Below are positions 19,937-29,364 of a stretch of DNA of 64,000 bases, one piece after another (position 1 is the stretch's first letter; every line of letters begins with the position of its first letter). A program made the position numbers and the translations under genes. Below the pieces are notes generated by a model. It was not told the DNA's origin and did not search any database. It worked only from the letters and a program-made list of their open reading frames with translations. Source of the DNA: Fibrobacteria bacterium (GTDB taxonomy: Bacteria; Fibrobacterota; Chitinivibrionia; Chitinivibrionales; FEN-1185); contig JBBIGR010000001.1 in the NCBI GenBank assembly GCA_037447435.1, forward strand, positions 160,001 to 224,000, in the 5' to 3' direction.

Positions 19937-20665
19937 ATGAAAAACAAAATAGCCTTGGTGACCGGGTCGACAAAAGGAATTGGAAGAGCAATAGCTTTTG
20001 GATTTGCCGAAGCCGGAGCAACGGTAATTATCAACGGGACTAAAGACGATGCAGGAATTGCAATTGAAAGCGAGCTGAAATGTGCTGGCCATAACGCATT
20101 ATTCATTCGGGCCGATGTTTCGAACTTCGAGTCATGCGCCGCATTATCATCGGAAATAAAAAAGCAATTCGGCAAGATCGATGTTCTTGTCAACAATGCA
20201 GGCATAACAAGGGATAAATTGCATAGAAATATGGCGGTCGACGAGTGGTGCTCGGTAATCAATGTCAATTTAAATTCAATGTTCAACGTCACGAGGAACG
20301 TTATCGATTTAATTCCCGACGAAGGCCGTATAATCAATGTCGGCGCCGTTGCCGGAATAGCAGGCAATTTCGGTCAAACGAATTACGCTGCCGCAAAGGC
20401 AGGGATAATCGGGTTTTCAAAGTCTCTTGCAAAGGAACTTGGAAAACGTAAAATAACCGTGAATGTCGTGGCCCCCGGATTGATTAAAACGGAAATAACC
20501 GGAAAAATCCCTCCGCCGATCCTTTCAAATTTGCTGCAGCTTGTCGCGTTACGGGAAATGGGCAATCCTGAAGACGTTATGGCTGCGGTTCGGTTTCTTG
20601 CTTCCGACGGTGCCAAATACATTACCGGGTCCGTAATCAGGGTCGACGGCGGGATTTCGGCATGA
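19937..20665 (+). CDS. fabG: FabG/PhaB-like short-chain reductase
   Basis: TGSTKGIG, NNAGITRD, GQTNYAAAK, VAPGLIKT; catalytic Ser position is Ala. Confidence 0.8.
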   Translation: MKNKIALVTGSTKGIGRAIAFGFAEAGATVIINGTKDDAGIAIESELKCAGHNALFIRADVSNFESCAALSSEIKKQFGKIDVLVNNAGITRDKLHRNMAVDEWCSVINVNLNSMFNVTRNVIDLIPDEGRIINVGAVAGIAGNFGQTNYAAAKAGIIGFSKSLAKELGKRKITVNVVAPGLIKTEITGKIPPPILSNLLQLVALREMGNPEDVMAAVRFLASDGAKYITGSVIRVDGGISA

Positions 20666-21915
20666 AAATCGACAATTTAAAAAAAAAGCCTTTTTCTTTT
20701 TTCGGAAATTGGAGGGTGATTTTATTTCTCGGCATCATTTTTTCTTTAGGCGTGGAATTTACAATGATCTTTGTCATCAAAGCAAATCCATACCACTGGG
20801 ATTCTTACGAATATCTGTCTCTGGCGCAAAATATTTCACAAAATAAAACATTCGCCCTCCACGACAATACCCTTGACAACGGGAAACCCTTTAATCGCGA
20901 AACGCACACACGGATGCGACAACCCTTGTACCCGCTGCTTTTGACATTTTTCTATTGGCAAACCGGTAAAAACATACTTTTGGTCCAGGCAGTACAATGC
21001 GTAATGGGAATAGCGTGCTTCATTCTATGGTTTTTTACCGCCCGCAGGCTTTTGGGGCCAAAAAAAGGCACTATTGCCGGAATCCTTATCGCTTTATATA
21101 TCCCGTTATGGATGCTTTCCGTTTACATAATATCCGACACGATGTTTATGACCGGACAAAGCATCGCCATTTTTTTGCTTCTTTATGCCTTGACTTCGCG
21201 ACGAGTCCTTGCTTTTTCCGCATTGGCAGGTTTCTTTTTCGGTATTTCGGTCTTAATACGCCCAACGGCGTTGTTGCTTCCCTTTGTTTCGCTTGTTCCG
21301 CTCGTGCTGTGGCTGGGCCGACGCAAGGCGCTAAAGCCTTCCGTCGTTATGCTGACGTTTTTCGCATTGACAATTGCGCCATGGGCCATTCGAAATAAAA
21401 TCCAAACCGGCACATTTAGTCCTTTGTCGACGGAAGCCGGATTCAACCTATGGGCCGGTACGGTAAAAGGGTGCACCGATGCACGTCTTACTTCCAAAGA
21501 ATTTCACATTGCCGAAGCTAACGACTACTACATTTCCCAGAATGCTTCCGACCGATTGATGAAGGTTGCCATAAAAAACATTACAGCGAATCCGGCCATG
21601 TACGTGCTCCGAGGTATTGCACGGACAAGGACCTGGTTCTTTTCACCGGTTCCGCTTCCTAATCCGCAAAGCATTCCTTTTAACATCATTCAATGCGGCA
21701 TCATGATTTTTGCGGGAATCGGTTTATGGCGTACGGGTTTTAAAACAGGTTCTTTTTTGTTGCTTGCCGCAATTCCGATACAAATATCGGTTTTTGCAAT
21801 GAACAGCAATTCACGATATTTTTTGCCGACAATACCTTTTATTCTCATGCTGTCGACCGAGGGAATCGCATATTGCGTTATGCGGTATAGGGGGGCAAAG
21901 TTTAGAAATCCTTAA
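20662..21915 (+). CDS. Glycosyltransferase family 39/ArnT-like membrane transferase
   Basis: Multiple TM helices; DSxEY, RxPLYP, LIRP, PWAIRN, RY..P motifs. Confidence 0.8.
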   Translation: MKIDNLKKKPFSFFGNWRVILFLGIIFSLGVEFTMIFVIKANPYHWDSYEYLSLAQNISQNKTFALHDNTLDNGKPFNRETHTRMRQPLYPLLLTFFYWQTGKNILLVQAVQCVMGIACFILWFFTARRLLGPKKGTIAGILIALYIPLWMLSVYIISDTMFMTGQSIAIFLLLYALTSRRVLAFSALAGFFFGISVLIRPTALLLPFVSLVPLVLWLGRRKALKPSVVMLTFFALTIAPWAIRNKIQTGTFSPLSTEAGFNLWAGTVKGCTDARLTSKEFHIAEANDYYISQNASDRLMKVAIKNITANPAMYVLRGIARTRTWFFSPVPLPNPQSIPFNIIQCGIMIFAGIGLWRTGFKTGSFLLLAAIPIQISVFAMNSNSRYFLPTIPFILMLSTEGIAYCVMRYRGAKFRNP

Positions 21916-22104
21916 TTATGCTGAAGCTGAGCATTTCCTCATAAAACGCCTGATGAATCCGGGGTCCAACTTTTCCGATAAGTTTTTGGTACCGGTAATT
22001 ACTTGACATACGCCAAGCCAGGTATCTGAAGGGATTTGTTCTCAACAAAAATGAGTAAGTAATGGTGGATAAGTATAAGGCTTTAAGAATTCTCTAAGGT
22101 TCAT
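21902..22104 (-). pseudogene. Possible frameshifted gene remnant
   Basis: AGAGG RBS + ATG (MNLREFLKPYTY) directly after the rSAM stop; early stop, with another frame continuing about 50 codons. Confidence 0.25.
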
Positions 22105-22130
22105 TAAAATACCTCTTTTTAAATAATCTG

Positions 22131-23543
22131 TTAGAGTGGGATGCGTAGCCGCATTATAAGCGCGAAATATTTCAGGTTGCCCCATTTTCTCAGGCATTTG
22201 ACCAACAATACAAAAAATGGTATATTACCTTTGTAAACCAGATAATCGAACCAAATGTACGCTCTTTCGATCTGCCTTTTGGTAAAAAACGGCATATCGA
22301 GGACGGACATCCGTCTTTCCATTGCCCCGGAAACATCCTTTTTTATCAATTCTTCTTCGATGCAAACCGAATGCAGTCTTGTTCCCGGATACGGATAAAA
22401 TATCGAAGTCCAGGTCCGGTCCGGCCGGCATTTCCGGTTGACTTTCACGGTTTCCATAAATTCCGCCCGCGTTTCCCCCGGAACCCCGATGAGATTGTAA
22501 AACACCACTTCAAGTCCGTTGACCCTTGCCATGCGAACGGTTTCGTAAACATCTTTATTATCGTACGATCGATGCAGAATCTCTTTTCGCACCCGTTTGC
22601 TGCCCGATTCAAGACCGATATTGACATATTTAAAATTCGCTTTTTTAAAGAGCGGAAACAGTTTCAATGCATTGCTTGCGGGGGTGATCCGGTAATTGAC
22701 ACCATAGGCAATTCCCAAGTGCTTTTCCTGCTCCAGATCGGCAAGTTTTTCGCAAAGTTTTTGCGTCCAGTCGAGATCTATTGTAATGGTCTCGATTTCA
22801 AGATAGATTTCATTAAGGTCCGGAAAGGTTTCTTTGCATACGATTATTTCGTCAATGATGTTTTCAATCGAACGGAGCCTTACATATTTCCCGGCGGTGA
22901 TTTTTTTGAGCGCATGATTACAGCAATAGGTGCATTCAAACGGACACCCCCGGCCCATAACGATTGCAAGTTTTTGCATCGGTGTTTCGCTTATCCATTT
23001 CGCCCACATAGAGCGATCAGGAAACGGCAGGGAATCAAGGTCTTCCAAAAAAGGCCTTGTTTCGTTTTTTTGGATTTGTCCCTTGCATTTCAACCAAAGG
23101 TTCCTGATTTCTTCGGGTTGTTTCCTTGATTCGAGCTGTTCCACAAGTTCGACCGTGGGGGTTTCCCCTTCTCCTATGCAAAGAGCATCGAAACTGTCGA
23201 GAACCCCATCGGGGTTAAGCGAAACATGCGGTCCGCCGATGAGCAGGAATATTTCAGGATCCTGTTTTTTTATTGATTGCGCAAGGTTTTTTAAAAAATC
23301 ATACTCTGAAAATACTGAGGAAAACGCGATAAGACCGGGCTTAAACGCAAGGGTGGTTTTCTGTAAATTTTTAAGCGCAATTTCAGGTCTTGCGCTGTTT
23401 AGAACGATGAGCTCGGTCGCATGCCCTTTTTGCTTGAGACAGGAAGAAATATATGAAATCCCCGGTTGTATATTTCCAAAATGGACAATCGGTTTTTCGG
23501 TTTTCCGAAGCATGAACACCGAATAGACAAACAGTATGTTCAT
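22131..23543 (-). CDS. B12-binding domain radical SAM protein
   Basis: GGPH/GEGE; GRGCPFECTYC; GLESGS; PYPGT. Confidence 0.9.
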   Translation of the reverse strand: MNILFVYSVFMLRKTEKPIVHFGNIQPGISYISSCLKQKGHATELIVLNSARPEIALKNLQKTTLAFKPGLIAFSSVFSEYDFLKNLAQSIKKQDPEIFLLIGGPHVSLNPDGVLDSFDALCIGEGETPTVELVEQLESRKQPEEIRNLWLKCKGQIQKNETRPFLEDLDSLPFPDRSMWAKWISETPMQKLAIVMGRGCPFECTYCCNHALKKITAGKYVRLRSIENIIDEIIVCKETFPDLNEIYLEIETITIDLDWTQKLCEKLADLEQEKHLGIAYGVNYRITPASNALKLFPLFKKANFKYVNIGLESGSKRVRKEILHRSYDNKDVYETVRMARVNGLEVVFYNLIGVPGETRAEFMETVKVNRKCRPDRTWTSIFYPYPGTRLHSVCIEEELIKKDVSGAMERRMSVLDMPFFTKRQIERAYIWFDYLVYKGNIPFFVLLVKCLRKWGNLKYFALIMRLRIPL

Positions 23544-24643
23544 GCGGAGGCCCGATTATGCGATGCGCTCGAATTAAATGCCGCGTCGAAGATGCGATCC
23601 CACTGTTCCCTGTACGCATTCAAATCAAAGCGCTGTTTCGCAAAGGATAGCGCATTTCTCGATATCGATTCGTAAAGAACCGCATTGTCCAAAAGTTGCA
23701 TTATGACCAAAGCAAGAGAGGATGCGTCCTTTTTACCGGATAAAAGACCGGTTTCTTTATTGCGAATAATTTCCGGTATTGCCGCAGCCGGAAATCCAGC
23801 CACCGGTATTCCGCTTGCCATCGCCTCTGCAACGGCCATATTAAAGGCGTCTTTATTGCTTGTGACGGCAAGAATATCGATTTTTTGCAAATAGGTTTCA
23901 ATGTCGGAAACAGCTCCGGTGAAAACTACGGGGACGCCCAGAATTGCGGCTCGTAACCGGGCTTCGGCAAATTGCGGCCCATTGCCTATCATGATAAAGC
24001 GTACCTTTTTTCGGCGGGAATAAATTTCATTTGCACAGGCGATAAAATCGAGCGCTCCTTTTTCCGGTGAAAACCTGCCGATAAACCCTACGGTTACCGT
24101 TGTCTTTGGAAAAACCCGGGGCGATAAAAACGGCACGAGAACGGGATTATAAAGTGTTTTGATCTTAGCCCGGCCCATAGGATACGTTTTTTCGAAAATC
24201 CCGCGGATGTAATTGGATATGCAGATTATGCCAAGAGCATGGCTGCAGGCATATTTGCCAAGCTGTTGATTTATTGCTTTAAACTTTTTCCTTGTTGCTA
24301 TGCATCCGTGCTCCATAAGAATCATAGGATATCGCCGGGAAATGAGCAAACGTGCAAGGGGCATATCGATATGATTGAGGACAATTGAACGGGGATAACG
24401 GTTTAAAATGGCATGGATGCGTAGGAAGGACCGAAGATCAAAACCGTTTTTGATTTCCAATGAATACCGATTGTGACCGGAACCGATAACCTGGCCGAAC
24501 CGACCGCATATGATGGCTGCGTGGCGATATCGAGAATTTTTATTATCGAGGAATGCACCTTTGACAATACGTTGTATGCCGCCGAAATCTCCTTCGTGTA
24601 GCAAATGAACTATCGTAGGCTTATTTTTTTGCAATGTATTCAT
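23540..24643 (-). CDS. Glycosyltransferase family 4
   Basis: GGIQR; GRFSPEKG; EAMASGIPV. Confidence 0.88.
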   Translation of the reverse strand: MNTLQKNKPTIVHLLHEGDFGGIQRIVKGAFLDNKNSRYRHAAIICGRFGQVIGSGHNRYSLEIKNGFDLRSFLRIHAILNRYPRSIVLNHIDMPLARLLISRRYPMILMEHGCIATRKKFKAINQQLGKYACSHALGIICISNYIRGIFEKTYPMGRAKIKTLYNPVLVPFLSPRVFPKTTVTVGFIGRFSPEKGALDFIACANEIYSRRKKVRFIMIGNGPQFAEARLRAAILGVPVVFTGAVSDIETYLQKIDILAVTSNKDAFNMAVAEAMASGIPVAGFPAAAIPEIIRNKETGLLSGKKDASSLALVIMQLLDNAVLYESISRNALSFAKQRFDLNAYREQWDRIFDAAFNSSASHNRASA

Positions 24644-24785
24644 AGAGGAGTAAATTAAAGAACAAATATTTCGGATTTGTTAGATTAAAGTTACCTTAGC
24701 GTCAGAACGAGTCGAGTAAAAAAAACGGCATTTAAGACGCACTTTTAATATTACTCTAACATGAGGGTGCTATTTTCTCAGCTCA

Positions 24786-24994
24786 TACTAACCCCGCGCT
24801 TTTCAGCGCGATACGTTGTCGCTGCGGTTTTATACACTCGTTAAATCTCGGTACCATGGTCTGCGCAAAATGAGTAGACCATGGTACCGCGTGTATAATT
24901 CAGATTTAGGTACTAACCCCATGCTTCGCATGGGATAAGTTTACTTTATATGTTATCTACGCAAAATGCGTAGATAATTCAGATTTAGGTACTA
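24786..24994 (+). repeat. Tandem pair of leader hairpin repeats (copy 4), TACTA-delimited
   Basis: TACTA-ACCCC...ATAATTCAGATTTAGG-TACTA-ACCCC...ATAATTCAGATTTAGG-TACTA; internal inverted repeats around a shared CGCAAAATG core. Confidence 0.85.
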
Positions 24995-25008
24995 AAGGAG
25001 TTTCATAC

Positions 25009-26910
25009 ATGTTCTGGCGCTTTGCATCAATACTCATCTGGTTGAACATGTTTTCGGTTTTTTCTGAAAATCAGGATTCGCTTATACGGTTGATAAGGCC
25101 GGAACTTTACAAAGCAATGATTGAAAAATTAGACAAATGCAAGGCTACCGAGGCACAGAGAAATGAACTTATCAAGATTGTCGCAATTTACGGAAGGGAC
25201 TATGGAACCGCAAAAGCCCAAAGCATTCTTTCTCCATCGCAACTTGAGTTGGCCGGACTTATACCGCGAAAAAACGGATCTGTAAACGCACATTCATCGA
25301 CAAAAGATTCGGTTGTAAACCTAACGGTTGTCGCCGATCGATCGAAAGCCGCTTTCAAACATTTTTGGAGAGGATGGGGCGGCGGAAATGATTATTGGGA
25401 AATTTTTATACCGCAAATTCAAAAATTATTGCATTCGGTCGATTCGGAAGGGCTTTTCGAGTATTCACGGGTCGCATTGTTCTACGACCAGGTACCATCC
25501 TGGAGCAAGAAAGAGATTTGGCCGAATCCGCAAGGCAAGCATGTCGCAATTTACAATGAGGATTCCCTCGGTAATCCGAAATATGATTTTGAACGCCTCG
25601 ACCAATATTTCGACGAATTGGTGTTGCGTCACAATTATAAGCTTATTGTCAGCGTTTGTCCTGTTCCCCGATTGCTTTCTTCGCATCCTGAAACCGTCAA
25701 CGCATTTTTGGGTGGAAAAGGCAATAACTCTCCGCCGAAGGATTTTATTAAATGGAAAAACCTTGTCTTTGCAACCGTACAACACCTCCAGGGGCGCTAC
25801 GGGGTCGGCCGTACACGGCAATGGTATTGGGAGATTTGGAACGAACCGGATTTATGGCAACAGTTTTGGAAAAAATCCGAATATGAGCAGGCATCGCTTG
25901 AGGATTTTCTCCGTACATACGATTTTGCCGTTGCTGGCATTTGCAGTGCGGACGATTCTCTTAAAATAGGGGGGTCGGGATTTTGCTACGGAGCAAAGGA
26001 AAATACCAAGGAAAGCGAACTATCAAGAGAAGTGATCCGGCATTGCGCCGAAGGAATCAACTTTGCAAACGGTCGAAAAGGTTCTCGTCTGGATTTTTTG
26101 TCATTCCATTCTTACGGGCCCGCTTCACTTTTTGAATGTAAGGAAAAGTCGTTTTTGGATGAATTGCGGCGATACCCGCAGCTTTGCAAAGTCGGTATTC
26201 AATGTAACGAATTCAATACATCTCTTGACGGCAGAACGAATGAAACGGAATACGCCGCCTGCAATATTGCAAAAGTAATTGACTATTGTATTGAGGAAAG
26301 GCGGCGCGGCATTCCTTTTGATTTGATAGGTTTGTGCGGCCTTGCAAGCAACAACCCGGGATTCGAACTTTCGGGAAATTTGTGGTCGTTCGGCATGGTT
26401 TCGTACTGTGAGCCGCAGCGGTTCGTTTTCAAGAGGCCGGCTTATCATTTGTATAGTTTTCTGTCGAAAATGGGTACGCAACAATGCGCTCTTACGGGCA
26501 GTTCGTACGGCGATGAAATCCACGGCTTTGCCGCCCGCGATACATTTGGAGATGTTTCGGTTTTACTTTACCGGTTCGACGAAGACGATTTAGCAAGCGA
26601 CATCCCCGGGCTTAAAAATGTCAAATTGACAATTAGTAGTGTCTCTTCGGGTTTTAAGGACGCCCAAATATTCCGTATCGATAATGAAAACGCCAATTTC
26701 CTTGCAACCTGGCGACGGCTCGGCAAGCCTTCGCTTGCTCGGCTTACCCTTAACCAGGCAAAGCAAATCCAAAGCGGCTGCGAACCTAATCCGACAAATT
26801 TAACTATGCAACAGATCAAAGGCAATTCCGTGGCAGAGTTTACCATGCGTACCCAAAGCATTGTATTTATACGTTTCAGCAAGGTAAAACAAGGCAATCA
26901 TGGCCGGTAA
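25009..26910 (+). CDS. Secreted glycoside hydrolase family 39
   Basis: EIWNEPD acid/base; DFLSFHSY; NEF nucleophile; PPKD..W; signal peptide. Confidence 0.85.
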   Translation: MFWRFASILIWLNMFSVFSENQDSLIRLIRPELYKAMIEKLDKCKATEAQRNELIKIVAIYGRDYGTAKAQSILSPSQLELAGLIPRKNGSVNAHSSTKDSVVNLTVVADRSKAAFKHFWRGWGGGNDYWEIFIPQIQKLLHSVDSEGLFEYSRVALFYDQVPSWSKKEIWPNPQGKHVAIYNEDSLGNPKYDFERLDQYFDELVLRHNYKLIVSVCPVPRLLSSHPETVNAFLGGKGNNSPPKDFIKWKNLVFATVQHLQGRYGVGRTRQWYWEIWNEPDLWQQFWKKSEYEQASLEDFLRTYDFAVAGICSADDSLKIGGSGFCYGAKENTKESELSREVIRHCAEGINFANGRKGSRLDFLSFHSYGPASLFECKEKSFLDELRRYPQLCKVGIQCNEFNTSLDGRTNETEYAACNIAKVIDYCIEERRRGIPFDLIGLCGLASNNPGFELSGNLWSFGMVSYCEPQRFVFKRPAYHLYSFLSKMGTQQCALTGSSYGDEIHGFAARDTFGDVSVLLYRFDEDDLASDIPGLKNVKLTISSVSSGFKDAQIFRIDNENANFLATWRRLGKPSLARLTLNQAKQIQSGCEPNPTNLTMQQIKGNSVAEFTMRTQSIVFIRFSKVKQGNHGR

Positions 26911-28399
26911 AACCCCTATTGCCGGGCTTTTTTCAAATACGCTGTTTTATATTGTCGCTGCCTTTTTGCAAAGTGGTGTTTCTTTTATCCTTATCCCCTT
27001 TTATACCCGGGCAATGAGCAAGGCCGAATTCGGGGCAATGGACCAAATCGGGCAGGCAGTGGTATTACTCTGCCTCGTGGGAAATTTAGGGCTTCCGCTC
27101 GGGCTTGCACGGGGGTTTTATCTTGAGAACAACGACGATAAAGGACGGCGAAAACTGGTTGGAACCCTTTTCTCCTTCATCGGCTTGCTCACGTTCGGCA
27201 TAAGCGGAATTCTTATATGTTTTAAACCTCAACTTTCAAAATTGCTATTCGGGAACACATACCGGACGGAATGGTTTTCCTTCGGGATCCTCGTTTTCAT
27301 TCTGTCTACCTTTCAACAGATTCCATTGCTCGTGCTCAGGACGCTCGAAAAAGCCGGACTTTCGACAATGTGGTCTCTAGCCCTCTTTATTGTCAACGCA
27401 TGCACAACCGTGATTTTTGTCGTAGTATTGCACCGGGGACTTACGGGAATGCTGTGCGCGTATTGCATAAGCTACGGGATGATTATGATTTTACAGTTCA
27501 CCTGGTTCGGCAGGTATTGTTCCCTCAATTTCGAATTTAAACGTTTGGCTCCGCTTTTTGCTTTCGGGCTCCCAATGTTGCCGAATATGGCTGCACGAAA
27601 TATTCTTGAAACGGCAAACCGCTATATATTACCGCATTACCACGGGCTTGCCGAACTTGCCACTCTCACCATGGCGGCAAAAATATCGAGTATTATAAAT
27701 GCAATGCTTCTAATGCCTTTTATTTTTGCCTGCGTGCCTTTCATTTATTCCCATGCCCATGATCCAAAGTCGCCGAAAATGTTCGGTCGCCTCACTTATT
27801 ACATGTCAATAGTTCTTTGCATATTGTTTCTCGCTATCGAGGCGTTTAAAAAACCGCTGCTCGCCTTTTTAGGCGGATCGCAGTACTCGGATTCTGGGCC
27901 TGTAATTACGGTCGTCATGATTGGCGTCGTTTTGAGCGGGTTGCAAAATGTCGTTTCGGCCGGGATCCATATTTCCAAGAAAATCCCCCAGGAATCCGCA
28001 ATCATGGTAATCGCTTCGCTCGTTAGCGTTGCATGCAATTTTTTACTCATACCCCATTTCAAAAGTCTCGGTGCTGCATCCGCAGTAACAATAGGTTTTT
28101 TCATTTTTTTGGCAGGAACTTTTTGGCTTTCGCAGAAACACTATCCCGTGCCCTATCCATATAAAAAGATTGCCTCGACACTTGTTTTTGTCTTGATTGC
28201 ACGGATAGGATTACAATTGACGGGAAATGAATTCATCCATGCCGCAATTGTCGGCGCTTTTGTTCTGATGCTCACCGTGATTGACCGTTCATTGGTCCGG
28301 GATGTACGTTCGCTCTTTGTGCAGATCATTGCCGAGAGAAATGCTAAACCCGCTCTGCCCCCTGCAGACGTACCGAATCCGACTCTCGGAGCTGATTGA
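26900..28399 (+). CDS. wzx: Oligosaccharide flippase
   Basis: About 12-14 TM helices; PFYTR.MS..EFG and FGLP motifs of the polysaccharide biosynthesis (PST) family. Confidence 0.85.
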   Translation: MAGKTPIAGLFSNTLFYIVAAFLQSGVSFILIPFYTRAMSKAEFGAMDQIGQAVVLLCLVGNLGLPLGLARGFYLENNDDKGRRKLVGTLFSFIGLLTFGISGILICFKPQLSKLLFGNTYRTEWFSFGILVFILSTFQQIPLLVLRTLEKAGLSTMWSLALFIVNACTTVIFVVVLHRGLTGMLCAYCISYGMIMILQFTWFGRYCSLNFEFKRLAPLFAFGLPMLPNMAARNILETANRYILPHYHGLAELATLTMAAKISSIINAMLLMPFIFACVPFIYSHAHDPKSPKMFGRLTYYMSIVLCILFLAIEAFKKPLLAFLGGSQYSDSGPVITVVMIGVVLSGLQNVVSAGIHISKKIPQESAIMVIASLVSVACNFLLIPHFKSLGAASAVTIGFFIFLAGTFWLSQKHYPVPYPYKKIASTLVFVLIARIGLQLTGNEFIHAAIVGAFVLMLTVIDRSLVRDVRSLFVQIIAERNAKPALPPADVPNPTLGAD

Positions 28400-28402
28400 T
28401 AT

Positions 28403-29362
28403 ATGAACAATTTGGCTTCCATAGCCTTCATTGTTCCCTGGTACGGACCTTGGCCCGCGTGGATGCCGGCATTTCTATTGACATGCGAACAAAACCCCGA
28501 TATTACGTGGATTATTCCGACGGAATCGGTGCCGCCTCCTGGCCCGAACAATGTACTATTTGTTAACATGCCGCTTGTAGAATTGAGCGCGCGGGCAAAA
28601 AAGGCGCTTGGTTTCGATGTCCATATTGCAACAGCGTATAAGCTTTGCGATTATAAGCCGCTTTATGGGTTGATTTTTCAAAAAGAACTCGAGGGCATTG
28701 ATTTCTGGGGCCATGCGGATCTTGACTTGCTGTGGGGTTCGATCCGGAGTTTTATTACCCCCGAAATTACGAAACAATTCGACGTCATATGCGGATCGGA
28801 TTCAGGAATCATCGGTCATTGTACGTTGTACAGAAACATTCCGCAGCTTTCTTCGTATATTTTAAAAATGCCCGGTCTTCAAAAACTCCTGACAATGCCC
28901 CACTATAAGGAAATCGACGAATTACGGTGTAATGAATGGCTGCACAATGGAATGCGGGGATTGGCCGGGTTGTCGTTTCGTAAATGTTTCTTCAAGGTAG
29001 TATATAACCCAATCGCTTTTCGACTGTTTCATCGGTTCAAATGGCATGCAAATCTCTATGGGACGCTTTTTTTCTTTTCCCGTAAATCAGGGCCGGGTGC
29101 AGTATTTTCCAAGAACCATAAAAGGCTCATGATTTACAATAAACAACTTCACAAATCGGGATCGGCAATGATTCAAGCCCAATTAAAAATGGAATTTGCC
29201 TGGGGAAACGGAAGACTGGTTGAAAATGACGGCACGGAATGGATGTACATCCATTTTCAATACCATAAAAAATTTCCCATGGCAATAAACTTCACCTATC
29301 CGTCGCCGATGCGTCGATTTACTTTTACCACAACCAATAAAGAGAGTTCGTTTCTCGGATGA
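28403..29362 (+). CDS. DUF6625 family protein (putative glycosyltransferase)
   Basis: PWYGPWP, YKLCDYKPLYG, FWGHADLD motifs. Confidence 0.75.
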   Translation: MNNLASIAFIVPWYGPWPAWMPAFLLTCEQNPDITWIIPTESVPPPGPNNVLFVNMPLVELSARAKKALGFDVHIATAYKLCDYKPLYGLIFQKELEGIDFWGHADLDLLWGSIRSFITPEITKQFDVICGSDSGIIGHCTLYRNIPQLSSYILKMPGLQKLLTMPHYKEIDELRCNEWLHNGMRGLAGLSFRKCFFKVVYNPIAFRLFHRFKWHANLYGTLFFFSRKSGPGAVFSKNHKRLMIYNKQLHKSGSAMIQAQLKMEFAWGNGRLVENDGTEWMYIHFQYHKKFPMAINFTYPSPMRRFTFTTTNKESSFLG

Positions 29363-29364
29363 GT

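Noticed and set aside
22371..23526. 252-aa and 198-aa plus-strand ORFs
   Set aside because: Antisense to the B12 radical SAM gene; no RBS or motifs
24786..24994. CRISPR array
   Set aside because: Only two units of unequal length with palindromic, mutually related interiors, and no cas genes in the window
25328..25969. 213-aa alternative-frame ORF
   Set aside because: Fully inside GH39 with non-protein-like composition
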